Of a stretch of DNA of 64,000 nt, positions 47,421 through 60,100 are shown one piece after another. A program made the position numbers and the translations under genes. Within the stretch, counting starts at the first letter, position 1; each line of letters opens with the position of its first letter. The notes beneath the pieces were generated by a model, which made no database searches, was not told the origin of the DNA, and saw nothing but the letters and a program-made list of their open reading frames with translations. Source of the DNA: Neophaeotheca triangularis (taxonomy: Eukaryota); contig BAAIJX010000002.1 of the NCBI GenBank assembly GCA_054600435.1, positions 372,001 through 436,000 on the forward strand, read 5' to 3'.

Positions 47421-48119
47421 AGTTCTGATTTGAGAGATGGTTTCTCAGGCGATAGCTCTCTTGAATATCGTCTTGGAGTGGCATGTTGGAGGGAGGGCCT
47501 GGCAGCAGCTCCATGGGTGGCGGTGGCGTTCAATACCCTTCTGTACGCACGATGATTACCTACCGTAGTAATGTTTGCTTTCCGTCTCGACCATTTGAAG
47601 TTTGAACTCTTCATCCTTTGTGATGTCTAGACCAAGAAGTAGGTAGTAGTGTAACTACTAGTAGAGTCAGCACAGCTACCTGAAAACGCCAACCGGCTAC
47701 CCGTGCTGCGTGCAAGCGAGATGATATGGACGGATTGGTCTGGACATGACTCTCGGAAGAGCTTCCTCCGGCCTTTTGTCCACCCACCTGCACGGAGTAA
47801 GAGCCAAGAGCTCCGCCCCACCCCGCAACCAAGTGGAAGTCAGTGCCAGTTGCAATCTCCACTACACGCGCAAACCACGAGGCCACAAGTACAACTCATC
47901 GCACGGCATTGGAATATTACACCTCCCCTTACCTTCCCTTCACCACCACACATCCTCGCATACCCATACCCATATTCACCACCATCACCACCACCTTGTC
48001 ATCCTCCTGTAGACATTCCTCCATCACCCGCGTTCTGGTCCCTTCTCTGCTGATTCTGCGCCCCGAAACCAATACACCCCGCAGGTCCTTCCCTGCCTAC
48101 CACAACACCACACCACACC

Positions 48120-49721
48120 ATGCCCTCCCTCTCCTCCGTTGCGTATTACTGCTGGCATGTTCAAGAGCTGCGCAGCATAATACAATGGAACACCTGGCAC
48201 AATCCTGTCCACGAGCGCGATGAAATGCAAGAGACTCCGACACAGAAAAAATGCTTCCACTTCCTCGACTTGACCTCAAGATCGTTCGCATCCGTCATTC
48301 AAGAACTCCACCCAGAACTACTCTTCCCAATGACCTGCTTCTACCTCATATTACGGGGTCTAGACACCATCGAGGATGATATGGGAATTTCGATCGAGGA
48401 GAAGGAGCCCCTGCTGAGGAACTTCTACAAGTCTATTGACGATGAGAACTTTACTTACAACGGCAACTCGCCTGGCGAAAAAGACAGGCAGCTGCTGGTG
48501 GAGTTCGACAACATCACCAAAGAGTTTGCGAACATCAAGGACTCTTACAAGACCATTATCCGCGACATTACCAAGCGCATGGGCAATGGCATGGCCGACT
48601 ATGCCAAGGACTCGGGGCACAACGAGAAGGGCGTCCAGACCATCAAGGACTATGAGCTTTACTGCCATTACGTCGCTGGTCTTGTCGGAGAGGGCTGCAC
48701 ACGCTTATTCGTCGAGGCCAAGCTGGCCAACCCTGCTCTTCTGCAGAGGCCGGAGTTGATGGAGAGCATGGGCCAGTTCTTGCAGCAGACCAACATCATT
48801 CGCGATATTCACGAAGATAAAGTAGACAAGCGGTCATTCTGGCCGAGAGAAATCTGGTCGAAACATGTTGATGAGTTCGATGACCTTTTCAAGGCGGAGA
48901 ACAAGGAGAAGGCGCTCAACTGCTTGAACGAGATGGTTCTCAACGCTCTGAAGCGTGCAGACGAGTGTCTTTTCTACATGGCTGGTGTCAAGGAGCAGAG
49001 CGTCTTCAATTTCGTCGCCATTCCCCAGTCCATGGCCATCGCAACCCTCGAACTTTGCTTCCAGAACCCTGCCGTCTTCGAGCGAAATGTGAAGATTACA
49101 AAGGGAAACGCTTGCCAACTGATGATGGAGTCGACGCAAAACCTGCAACTCGTCTGTGACGTCTTCCGGAGATACGCACGCAAGATTCACAAGAGGAACC
49201 GGACAACCGACCCTTCGTTTTTGGAGATCAGCATAGCGTGTGGCAGAATCGAGCAGTTCATCGAGAGCGTCTTCCCTTCGCAGACGGCCAAGACTGTGAC
49301 TGAAGGGCAGGGTGCTAGTGGCAGAGAGGCGGTCGAGGCCACCGTGCAACAAGCAAACGTCGATCCCGACGAGGAAGAGAGGAAGAGAAAGGCGGCTGAG
49401 GCGGACAAGATTGAGACGTACTACGTTATGGGCGCAGTGCTGTTCACGTTGCTCTTGGTCAGCGCTATTATGGTACGTACCAGTCTTTGCCGGTGCCACG
49501 ACATTCTGCTACACGAAAGCATCATGGAGAGTGTCATGGAGAGTACTGACAGCATGCAACAGATTGGAACAGCGTGGTTCTTCGGTGCCCGCTTCGACAA
49601 GATTTTCGAAGAGTTCAGCATGAGCAGCATTTTTCCGCCCAACAAAGATATCAAGGAAGCGCTGTCTGGGAAACCGAGCGCGAGTCCGAGCGCATACGAA
49701 GGCGGCCACGAAGAATTGTAA
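48120..49721 (+). CDS. ERG9: Squalene synthase (farnesyl-diphosphate farnesyltransferase)
   Basis: Motifs: [60 protein letters not shown]. The C-terminal membrane anchor is split by a 90-nt intron at 49473-49562 (GTACGT...CTGAC...CAG). Confidence 0.96.
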   Translation: MPSLSSVAYYCWHVQELRSIIQWNTWHNPVHERDEMQETPTQKKCFHFLDLTSRSFASVIQELHPELLFPMTCFYLILRGLDTIEDDMGISIEEKEPLLRNFYKSIDDENFTYNGNSPGEKDRQLLVEFDNITKEFANIKDSYKTIIRDITKRMGNGMADYAKDSGHNEKGVQTIKDYELYCHYVAGLVGEGCTRLFVEAKLANPALLQRPELMESMGQFLQQTNIIRDIHEDKVDKRSFWPREIWSKHVDEFDDLFKAENKEKALNCLNEMVLNALKRADECLFYMAGVKEQSVFNFVAIPQSMAIATLELCFQNPAVFERNVKITKGNACQLMMESTQNLQLVCDVFRRYARKIHKRNRTTDPSFLEISIACGRIEQFIESVFPSQTAKTVTEGQGASGREAVEATVQQANVDPDEEERKRKAAEADKIETYYVMGAVLFTLLLVSAIMVRTSLCRCHDILLHESIMESVMESTDSMQQIGTAWFFGARFDKIFEEFSMSSIFPPNKDIKEALSGKPSASPSAYEGGHEEL

Positions 49722-50723
49722 AGACCGGTACAGGCGGAGCGTGGACATGGCCTATTGTACAGTGTACATTCCCTTCGCTTTGGCTCGACTTGAGAAGAAA
49801 GAAGCCTTTTAATTATCCAGGCGAAACGCGCCAACGTCTCCCTCGCATTTCCTTTCCACCTTCTTTCCACCCCCTCCCCCTGCCGCCAGTCACAGGTGAA
49901 AGCCCCGGCCGACTCCCATTCACTATTACCACCTCAGCTCCAAGATCGACGCAAAAACAAAGCACGGATGTCAAATTGCAATTTAGCCTTTCCACCATGG
50001 CTCATGTTGTGCCGTAGAAGTGCTGATAACAAACGCTTTCCTTTTTAAGCGCTCTGCGGAGCTCTTGCCTTGTTCTTCCCAGGGAAGAAACTGTCTCGGA
50101 CTCGCTGGCCAGTTCTCGTTGGTTGGCGTTGTTTGGGCAGGAGTGCATACATACTTTTACTGGAGCGTTGCGGTCGTTGACCAATGTCGGCGATGAGTTT
50201 AATGCCAGTCCTTCTCTATATGTGCCGTTCCGCTTCATCGTTGCGTTGGCCGTTTCGCGTTTGGGTACGCCCGGCTGCAGGTCGCTTTTTCGGGGGTGGT
50301 TCGCTTGTAGGCGATTGTAGGCAGAGAAAGGTAAGGCTGCGTCACGTGATATAGCTGTACAGCTGAACAGCTTTAATGTAGGGCTTCCTATCATATCACG
50401 TTGACTTGGTTCGCCAGTATATCTTGCCTCTTCTCTCAAGGCCCCATTGTCTTTTGGGAGTCGAACAAATGTCTTGTTGCCCCACGATTTGATGGGGCTC
50501 GCATACTGGCTGCCTTCTATTGCCTTCGGTCGCCCTGAGACAATGGCTCGGATTCGACAGATGCATTATACAGACTCCCCTCCATGCTATGCAAAAAAGT
50601 ATATACAAGTGTCTCGCTTTCTTCCATCTTCAATATCTCTCTTCTCTTGACCGACTCGCTCTCAATACCCCAACCAAACCAACCCAAAACTACTTTGTCC
50701 TTCCAAACCCCAAGCCAGCAACG

Positions 50724-51413
50724 ATGGCCCTAGTAACTCAGGACTTCTTCAATCTACTACCCCAACGTAACTCCTCCGCATCCAGCGCCAGCAAACACTC
50801 CAGCCACCGCGAACGCTCCACCCGCATGCCCAAGAGCTCCACAAGCAGCATCTCACGTAGCATTTACCCCAGCAGCTCAGCCCTCTCACCAAGCCCTCGA
50901 AGCACCTACTCGTCCGCAAGCAGCAGTAACAGCAGCCGCAGTCGCAACACCGAGCCGTTCCAAAGCCACGAAACCGACACAACCGGCCTACTCCCCCGGG
51001 ACTGGTTCCAACTGCCACGCGACGTGCGGCACGAACTCCTCGCCTCGGCAGTCCGTCAAGTGCCGGCTCAAGGCCTCGACGAGGGAGGCTATGGCTACGA
51101 TTACGATCCCGCTCCCTTAATGCCGGCGGACTCCGTCTCGCAGGTCTCTTCAAAGACTTCCAGCTCCAGGAGAAGTACCCGCTCCAAGCGGGTGGAGGAC
51201 CGGAGTGGGTCTGGGCGGCAGCTGGTGCCCAGGAGCGGAAGCGGAGGTGGTTATGAGTGTGGGCATGTGGGCGGCGGAGGTTATGCTAACGATGGGTATG
51301 GGTGCGATGAATTGCCGGTTTGGGTTGAGGAAAGAAAGAGTTTTGTTAGGGAAATTAGGCCGGGGTATGTTAAGGAGTCTATGAAGGTGGAGAGTTGGTT
51401 TGGGGTGAGGTAA
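50724..51413 (+). CDS. Hypothetical Ser-rich protein (~229 aa)
   Basis: ATG in a plausible context (caacgATGG) after a C/A-rich leader, on a continuous ORF. It is low-complexity with a PADSVSQV motif and has no recognisable domain. Confidence 0.55.
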   Translation: MALVTQDFFNLLPQRNSSASSASKHSSHRERSTRMPKSSTSSISRSIYPSSSALSPSPRSTYSSASSSNSSRSRNTEPFQSHETDTTGLLPRDWFQLPRDVRHELLASAVRQVPAQGLDEGGYGYDYDPAPLMPADSVSQVSSKTSSSRRSTRSKRVEDRSGSGRQLVPRSGSGGGYECGHVGGGGYANDGYGCDELPVWVEERKSFVREIRPGYVKESMKVESWFGVR

Positions 51414-51708
51414 TGGATTTTGGGGAGGGTGCTGGTGGGAGAGCCTGGTGATAGTGGGCTTGGGTGTTTTCGGTGTCGCTTGGCTTGAGGAGGCTTCGGG
51501 CGTTATGAGCGCACGCGTATTTGGCGCGCTGCATGGAGTTGGTAGAGAAAACTCGTGTCTGTGTCGAGGTAGCCAGTGGCTCATGACTTGCATACAGTAG
51601 AGCTACTAAATTTGGGCACTATTGCAATAAATTCTTCTAATAACCAGCTTCGACCCCCATCAATTGTCTTTACATCGGGACTCATCACCATCCACATGCC
51701 CTAGTTCT

Positions 51709-54152
51709 CTACGGCAAAGGCTCGTCCGGCAGCTGACTAGGCCACTTAGCCATGACAACCGGTTCGCCCGTCAGTGTAAACTCATACACAACCGAGCGCT
51801 CATTGTTAAGCGCCAGCTCGTAGTCACCAGGATAAACAACCAAGTCACCATTCTCCGCAGCCCTCGCGAACATCCCGATCGACATTTCGAAATCCACAGT
51901 GCAAGAGTCACCGGGTGCGATGGCACCTTCGCGGTCGATACCGACGAGCCATTTGTTCGGATAAGGGGCTGGGCCGGCGTTTTGGGTGGAAGCGAAGAGC
52001 ATGGCGCTGTAGTCGGAGGTCCTGGAACCAGTGTTCGCGACCGAGGCGGAGAAGGTCAGGAGCGGCTTGTGTTCGATGAACTCGTAGCCCGCGTGGGGTT
52101 GCGTGAAGAAATCTGTGACGTTGAAGGAGGCGCTGGCGTTTGAGGCCACGTTGGCCGTTTCCGTGAACGTGGTGTAGAAGAGACCGTGGCCGAATTTGTA
52201 GACGGCGTCGCCTGTGTACCACATGTATGTTGTTCCCGGGAAGCCGCTGCTGTTGTCTGGGCGCAGGTTCATGTTCAGTTGGTCGACGTCGTCGGCGTAG
52301 GAAGCGGGGTATTGTGTGGTGGTTAGGCGGCCGGCGGGTGCGCGGACGCCGGTGGCAATGTCGAAGAGAGCTTGTCCGCCGCTTTGCCCTGGGTAGCCTC
52401 CCCAGATGATGGCGTTGACGTTTTCGTTTGCCTTGAGAGCCGAGTCGTCTACCTGGCCGCCGCCCATTTGGAGGACAACGAGGGGTTTGCCCAGTTGGCC
52501 GAGTTGGTTGATAAGTTCAAGCTGGTTGCCTGGCCAGCGCAAGTCCTCCCTATCGTGAGCTTCTGCCTCAATAGTGTTGTCGATACCGCCCGCAAAAACG
52601 ATGACTTCCGAGTTTCGCGCGGCTTCGAGAGCTTCGTCAAAGTAGGTCGTATTGCCGCTGGAGATGCCGGTGCCGAAAGAGTAGTTGATTTTTATTCCGG
52701 AAGCTTCGAAAGCATCCAGAGGGCTAATGTAGTACGGCGGGTCTGTAGCGTAGTTTCCTAGCATTTGCTCTGTGGCGTTGGCCCAGGGCCCGATCAAAGC
52801 TATGCTCGAGCAGTCGTCGCCCAACGGGAGGGTTCCGTCGTTTTTGAGTAAAACAGTACCTTCAACTGCTGCCTCGTAAGACATGTTCTGCGCATCAGTG
52901 GCAAGCACATCGTCCCAAGTCAAATCCCGGTATGTGCTGCTGTTGCCGTCAAAGTAGCCACCAAGAACAAGCTGAGTGTACAAACGGGTCAAGGCTAGCT
53001 CGATATCGTCTCGAGCAATCAGGCCCTCCGCGAAGGCGTCTTCGAGGTAGTAGGCGTACTCAGTCCCGCAGTCAATGTCGGTTCCGGCCAGCATAGCTTC
53101 AGCCGAGGCAGCCACTCTGGTTGGGGCGGACATGTGAGGGTTGAAAACGCCGTAGACCGCACCGCAGTCGGAAGAAACAAAGCCATCAAAGCCCCAAGTA
53201 TCGCGCAGCAGCGTTTGGAGGGAGAAGGAGCTGGAGCAAGCAGCCTCGCCGTTTACAGCGTTGTAGGAGCACATCAGCCCCTTGGACTTGGCGTCTCGGA
53301 TGGCAGCGCGGAAGTTTGGGGTGTAGTAGCCCGCAAGGTCTTGCTGGGTGATATTCACATCGTTCCCTAACCTGCTGTTGTTGCGCCAGTCCTCTATGTC
53401 GTACCCAAGGAAATGCTTGACTACAGTGGCCATCTTGGGAACGGCAGGGTTAACGCCGCCTTGCATTGCCGTGATGTATTCTAGGGCATACACGGAGCTC
53501 AAAAAGAACGCATCCTCGCCAGGGGTCTCCTGGCCGCGGCCCCAGATTGGAGAACGAAAGCCATTGATGTTGGGCGAGTAGACATTGAGTCCGTACCTGC
53601 GGTCATAGTGTTAGCGTTTACTACCCTCGAGGCAAGGCATGGCTTAAAAAGTCAATCATACCTCCCGGCATTGCTCGCCGCTCTCGCTTGGGTGGAAGTG
53701 ATATCAGATATTTGATAGATCAGACTCCGGTTCATACTCGCCATAGACATGATCGGCTGCGGGAATGAGGTAACCCAGCTGAACTCGCCCTCATCAGGTT
53801 GGTAATAGTGGCTCAAACCGTGCAAAGCCTCGTTCCAAACCTGGTAGGGTGGCAATCCCAACCTCGCAATCTCTGGTCCAGTGTTCACAGTCGAGTTAAC
53901 GAGCTCCTCCAGCGTAAGGAGGGATACCAGACTCGAGGCACGCTCCCAGGCTGGTAGGGAAGTGTTGCAGACAGGAGTGCCGGCCAGGGGCGCTTCTTCG
54001 CAGTCTGGGAAGCCTCGAAGGATCTGGGTTGCCAGCGTTCTCGAGTCAAGTTGGGGGTTGCCTTCGGCGGTGTAGTCGTAGTAGCTTTGGTTATTCTGAG
54101 CGGCGATAGTCCCGGCCATCGCGGCCAGGAGGGTGGCTGTCGTGGCATACAT
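51709..54152 (-). CDS. Secreted GH3 exo-1,4-beta-xylosidase (XlnD/BxlB-like)
   Basis: Signal peptide MYATTATLLAAMAGTIAA; intron 53597-53661. Motifs: RLGLPPYQVWNEALHG, WGRGQETPGED, KHFLGYD, MCSYNAVNG, nucleophile SSDC, GYPGQSGG, and an FnIII-like C-terminus. Confidence 0.95.
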
Positions 54153-54955
54153 TTTGGAGAGAAAGATTGACAAAGATCAAGGGAAACGAGGCAGCTCAAA
54201 CTTTTCTGGTCGTCTGAACATGGGAGGACGATACGAAGGACAAAGAGAAGGTCAACTTATACTCCAATGCCTCACCATCGAATTGGCCTACCTCCACCTC
54301 CCTGGTGAGGGTACCCACATTGCAAGAGACATGAAGCCGTCGGAGTCCGATCGTACTTGGCGGCGACAATATAGGCAAAAGGCAGGCTGCATGCGCTTCG
54401 TAGATCGGTGACCGTATCGTGCAGAAGGATACAGTCGGGGTTTAAGCTTCAAGCCATGCTCGGCCTTGTCGTGCCTTGTCGTAGCTTTTCCTGTACACCC
54501 CGCGAGCCCCGCTGTACGTACACTGAGTGAAGTCAGAGTCGACTTTAGCCGGAATTATGACATTCCGTCTTGTTAATATCAGATGGAGTAGAAGTGATGA
54601 AAAGTGAGGTGCCGAAAAGGTCCGGTAAAAGTGCCTGTATCCACTACACTGACATTGGGGCGAGCTCTTGACCGACTGAAGAGATTCCCGGCACGTCAAA
54701 CTGTCCCGCGTGCTACCCCAGCAACCCCGAATAGCGGAAGCGTTAATCGTGGGGTCTTCAAACAGACCACCACCTTCATGTAATCGATTCTTTGCAAGCC
54801 AGGGACAAGTCGCGGCTAAACAACATGACCGTCGGGATTAAGTATCATTCGTGGTCCAGCTGGAAAGCTGTACTGTATTACCCTAACCAAGCATCCCCGT
54901 GACGCCGTCGCCGGAAACGCTCAGTGCAGACCATCGATACGACCCAGTCAGACAG

Positions 54956-56707
54956 CTACTCCTGCTCGTTATTCCCTCCTCCACCATGCCCAGCCGTTGC
55001 CGTCGAGTTTGATCTCTTCTGTGCGCCAGGACCGTCACTCCCAGTAGCCGAAGGTCCGAGATCAAGCGCGCTGCTCTCGCCTTTCTCGTCGTTGCCCTCG
55101 GGCCCCCTAGGGCTACCCACATTGCTCGCGCCATCTTCCTGTGCACCCATCTCCGGCGTCTTTGACAGACGCGCGACCTCCTTCCGCAAAGACTCCAATT
55201 CCTTCTCCATGCGCCTGCCATACGCATCGATATAGAATGTAGCTCCGTTCCAGCTGGCCCATGCAAAGACCACCATCAGATACCCAGCGCTACACCATCG
55301 ATACCAGAACCAGAGCGGGCACGGTAGCATGGTGAGTAGCGCGTACGAGTATTGTATCACCATGAACACGGGCTCTTGGGCCCATTCTGGGCAGCTCAGT
55401 ACGAACTTGCCTAGAGGGTTATCTTTGTAGCTTTTCTTTAGCCATGTGAATGAAGTTGGTCGGCCGGCTTCGATTTTGGATCGCTTTCGGACCGTGATGA
55501 GGAAGTGGTATGAGAGTTGCCAGACGGCGTAAGGTAGAGCCATCCAGACTATCATTGCGACGATGCCGTAGTGTTCGGGGGAATTTGGGTCGGAATATTT
55601 GATGTGCCATATGGATGGGAAACGCAGAGCTTGGAGAGAAGGCGGGATAAGGTGGACCAGCACGTGGAGAGTAGCGCAAGGCATGATGTGGATGAAGAGT
55701 CTGCAATTAATGTTAGCAGGATCTCAGTATCATGCTGCAAGTGCACTTACGAGGTAACCTTGTCCAAGCTGTGGAATACCAGCGAGTTGCGCCACATGGC
55801 TATGGCAACGGCGTTGTTTCCCATGGCTAAACAGTAGGTCGCGATGAAGAGCCGTTTCGATTGAGGGAAGAACCAGATGCTCAAGACCATCAGGAGATTG
55901 ACGAAGTAGCAGAGGTCGGCTAAGAAATAGTGGAAGCCGATTTTGTGGTACTTGTACCATCTGACGGGCATGAAGTAGCTGCGAACAGACGTCAATACTC
56001 CTTCAATTCATGTGCTGACCGGAAAGGTATACTTACGCCAACTGCACGGTGTACCATATGTGAAAGTACTCCGGAAATGCTCCTATCAGATAGCCAGAAA
56101 TGAAAATGTTCAAGACAGCCGTCACAAAGGATATCTTCTCGTTCAAGGATACGCTCTTGGCATCTTCCCACCTCTTCCCCAGTCTGTCAACGCTCTCCCG
56201 CATGCGCCGCCTATACTTCTCGAGTTGCTCATCGGGACTCAGGGGAACCCTTTTCTTCCATTCTCCTACCAGATTGCTGCGTCCGGATTTGGCACGAGAA
56301 GCCAGCTTCTGTCTTTGCTCACGGAGCTTCCCGGACTGCATCTGCAAGGCAGTCTGCATCTTCTCAAGTCGTTGCGGCAGAGCAAGGTTCTCGATAATGT
56401 CAAAGAAGGTCAACCGGTCCACGGGAGGGAAGGCCTCGTTGCCAAAGGCGTCGGTGCCGTTGAAGTCGGAGTTCGATGCTGTACGCGACAGGCCCGGTGT
56501 GCTCGGTGTATCCATGCCACTCAGAGACGGTGAACCTCCGGCAGACATGTAGTCGCCCGGAGCTTCGAGGTAGTCGCCAGATTGTCTCTTGCTATCTTGA
56601 GTCGCGGAGTTGACGCTTGCTTCTCTCGCCGCAGCCGTCTGATCGATTTCATCGTCGGGTCTTGTCGAGGATCGCGTCAAGTCTGCGGAGGCATTCACCC
56701 CGTCCAT
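54956..56707 (-). CDS. GPC1: Glycerophosphocholine acyltransferase (DUF2838)
   Basis: Introns 55979-56036 and 55701-55750. Motifs: HYFLADLCYFVN, AIAMWRNSLVFHSLDKVTSLFIHIMP, GRPTSFTWL, WNGATFYIDAYG. Confidence 0.9.
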
Positions 56708-57057
56708 GCTTGCTAGCTAGCCGGTCGACGTGTGTCCTCGATGTTATTGCAACTGCTGTTGAAGGAAGAGCTCCAGGCACAACAAGCTACGGTAGGTAAG
56801 GTACTCCACCTGCCACCCATGCATAGGTGTAGAGGGGTTGATGGGCTACTATGCGAGCTTTGTCGTGAAGGCAGACAAGTCGGCACCAGCAACAAAACAC
56901 AGAGATACCTAGCGTGTGACTACCACACTCCAAGAGTTGTGTTGTGAGGTGTTTTGAAGCGTGGCCTGCAGCTAGGTAGGTAGGTAGTCAACGATTGGAG
57001 CGAAGACGTCACATGTCTCTTGACTCTCGCTTGGTCCAAGCTTCTGTTCGTTGTGAG

Positions 57058-57087
57058 ACGCGCTGTTCGCGTCTTCCGCGAAACGCG
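57058..57087. promoter_or_regulatory. Cluster of MCB/SCB-like (ACGCG, CGCGAAA) cell-cycle elements in the GPC1/SMC1 divergent promoter
   Basis: ACGCG at 57058, TTCGCGT at 57066 and CGCGAAACGCG at 57077-57087, about 100-130 bp upstream of the SMC1 ATG. Confidence 0.55.
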
Positions 57088-57188
57088 CCACTGATGTTGC
57101 TGGTTCCCATACTAGGTACTGTACCTCAGCATCCTTTCCCCTTCCGAACACTCGACACTGTCTTTGCACAGACAGATATTTGTCCAAA

Positions 57189-60100
57189 ATGGGTAAGCTC
57201 CTCGCGTTGGAGTTGTTCAACTTCAAGTCCTACAAGGGCCATCATGTCCTGCGATTCGGTGACAGCTACTTCACCTCTATTATCGGTCCCAATGGTTCCG
57301 GCAAGTCCAACTCCATGGACGCAATATCCTTTGTCTTGGGCATCAAATCCTCGCATCTTCGGTCCGCGCACCTCAAGGATCTCGTCTATCGGGGGCGTGT
57401 CTTGAAGCACTCCAAGATCGACGCCAACGGGGACGTGATTGAAGATGATCAGGATGGGGCTGGCGAGAACGCTGATGCTGGCGCCGAGGATGAAGAAGAA
57501 GAAACGCAGACGAGCACGCAGCGCAACGATCCTCAGACGGCCTGGGTCATGGCCGTCTACGAGGATGATGCCGGTGAGGAGCAGCGCTGGAAGCGTAGCA
57601 TCACCTCCGCCGGTTCTTCAGAGTACCGCATCAATAATCGTGCGGTGACCGCCAAACAGTACAACGAGGCGTTGGAGGCAGAAAACATCCTGATCAAGGC
57701 GCGCAACTTTCTCGTCTTCCAGGGTGACGTCGAAGCTATCGCGTCGCAGAATGCCAAGGATCTCACGCGTTTGATCGAGCAGATCAGTGGCTCTCTTGAG
57801 TACAAGGCCGACTATGACCGCCTGAGAGAGGAGAAGGAAAAAGCGGACGAAGATCAGGCCAACAAACTTACCCAGCGCCGGGGGATCAACGGAGAAATTA
57901 GACAGTATCAGTTGCAGAAGGAAGAGCTGGACCGCTACGAAAACATGCGTGAAGAGAAGGACCAAGCAACAGCGAACCACTATCTTTGGAAATTGTTTCA
58001 CCTCCAGCAGACCATCGACGAGAGCACTGCAGAAATTCAGAAACATCATGAAGAGCTTCAAGAATTTCGAAGGAACGTGCAAAAGTACGAGAAGAATCTC
58101 GATGACGCCAAACGTGAGCAGGCAAAGGTTGGCCGCGATGTGAGCAAGTACGAACGCGAGATCAAGCAGAAGGAGAAGGCGCTTGAAGAGAAAGAAAACG
58201 CTCTCGTGCCGATTGATGAGAAGCTGAGCATTTCGAACGCAAACCTGAAGAAATACCAGTCGCGCACATCAGAAATTGCCAAGGAGCGCGACAACCAGCA
58301 AAAGGCCGCCGACAATCTGCAGAAGAGCTTGTCAACAGTTCAGAAGGCGCAGACGAAGTGGGAGGGCGAATGGGCGGAGCAGCAGCGACAAGCTGGCCGA
58401 GATTTGAGCGAACAAGACTTGCAAGAGTACGAGCGCTTACGTGGCGAGGTGTATAAGCGCTGTGGACCTGATCAGACCAAGATCGACAATCTTTCACGTC
58501 AACTCAAGACCGATGAGGGAACCGTGAATAGTCTCAAGTCAAAAGTAGACAGCACGGAAGCGCACATCTCTGGTCTTGAGGGCGAGGTTTCTGGACTGGA
58601 CGAGCGACGAGCCACCATCCAAAGCGCTATTCAAGGTACTGAGAAGGACATTGCCGAGAAGAAGAAAACCATCGCCACCTTGTCCAGCGAGCGTATACGC
58701 ACCGCGCAGGTACACACCGAACTGGAGGAAAAGCTGCAAGAGGTGCTGAAGAAGCTTTATGACGCCCAGCAACAGCAGAGAGAAACGCAAAAAGAAGCCC
58801 AACAGCGCGAGACCGTTGCTGCGCTGAAGCGCATCTTTCCTGGTGTCCGGGGTATGGTCAACACGCTGTGCAAACCCAAGCAGAAGAAGTACGAGCAAGC
58901 AATGTCCACTGTGCTCGGAAGACACTGGGACGCCGTTGTTGTCGACACAGAAAGCACGGCCAAGGACGCGATCAAGTATCTCAAGGAGCAGCGCGCTGGT
59001 CTGGTTACCTTTTTGCCTCTTGACTCGATCATCCACACACAACCCAATGCAAACCTCCGTGGCCTACACAGAGGTATGCGCCTGGCAATCGACACCATTG
59101 ATTTCGACAGTGCGGTTGAGCGGGCGATAGGTTACGCGTGCGGCAACAGCATAGTCTGCGACGACCTTGCTATTGCTAAAGAGATGTGCTATTCGCGCAA
59201 GGTGGATGCCAAGGCGGTAACTCTAGATGGCACCGTCATTCACAAGGGAGGCAACATGACCGGTGGTGAGGGTCCGGGCGACAAGAAGCGCAGGTTTGAA
59301 GACTCGGAGCTAGAGAACCTTCGCGTACTCAAGGACAAGTTCATGGTGGACATTGCGGCCCTTCCCAGAGGCCATAGGCGCCAGGCTGAAGAGGAGCAGC
59401 TCCAGGGCGAGCTCACCGGCCTTGAGTCGAAGCTGCAGTACATGCGCGACGAAGTCAAGGCCCTCGAGCGCAACATCCAGTCAAAGACCAAAGAGCTTGA
59501 CTTTGCCCGAAGCACGCTCGATGAGGTCCAGCCTAAGTACGATGAACAGTCAACTGGACTCGAATCACTACGCGAACAGCTCGACGAACATCGTGAATCG
59601 ATAGCAGGCGTCGAGGATACGGTGTTCAATGCTTTCTGTCAGCGCTTGGGCTACAATAGTATCCAGGACTACGAGAATCAACAGGGGACTCTGCAGCAAG
59701 AAGCCGAGCAAAAAAAGAATGACTTCAAACGGCAAATCACCCGCCTCGAAAACCAGATTTCCTTTGAGCAGCAGCGTTTGCAGTCTACCAAAGACCGTAT
59801 CAAGGCGATCGAGGCGAGTAGTCAGCGTGATGCGGACCTTGTCGCACAACTGGAGGCAGAACGTCAGGAACTGGGCGGCTCCATGGACGAGATTGAAGCC
59901 GAAATTGAAGACCTCAACGACAACATGACAGAGCTTCGAAAGACATACGAAGAGCGCGGCAACACCGTCAACGAAGCCCGGCGCGAGGTGCAGAAGCGCT
60001 CCAAGTCTGTTGAAAAGACTCTCAAGGAGGTCTCCGCTTTGGAGGCAGAGGTGCAAAAGGCCGCAGCAGGTCGTTACACGGCGCTCCGGTCCTGCAAAGT

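Noticed and set aside
48120..49721. Squalestatin-type or terpene cluster around the squalene synthase
   Set aside because: The neighbours are kinesin-5, an orphan ORF and a xylosidase, with no PKS or tailoring genes. This fits the housekeeping ERG9.
50002..50439. 145-aa minus-strand ORF downstream of ERG9
   Set aside because: No recognisable domain and a non-ATG start. Not supportable without expression data.
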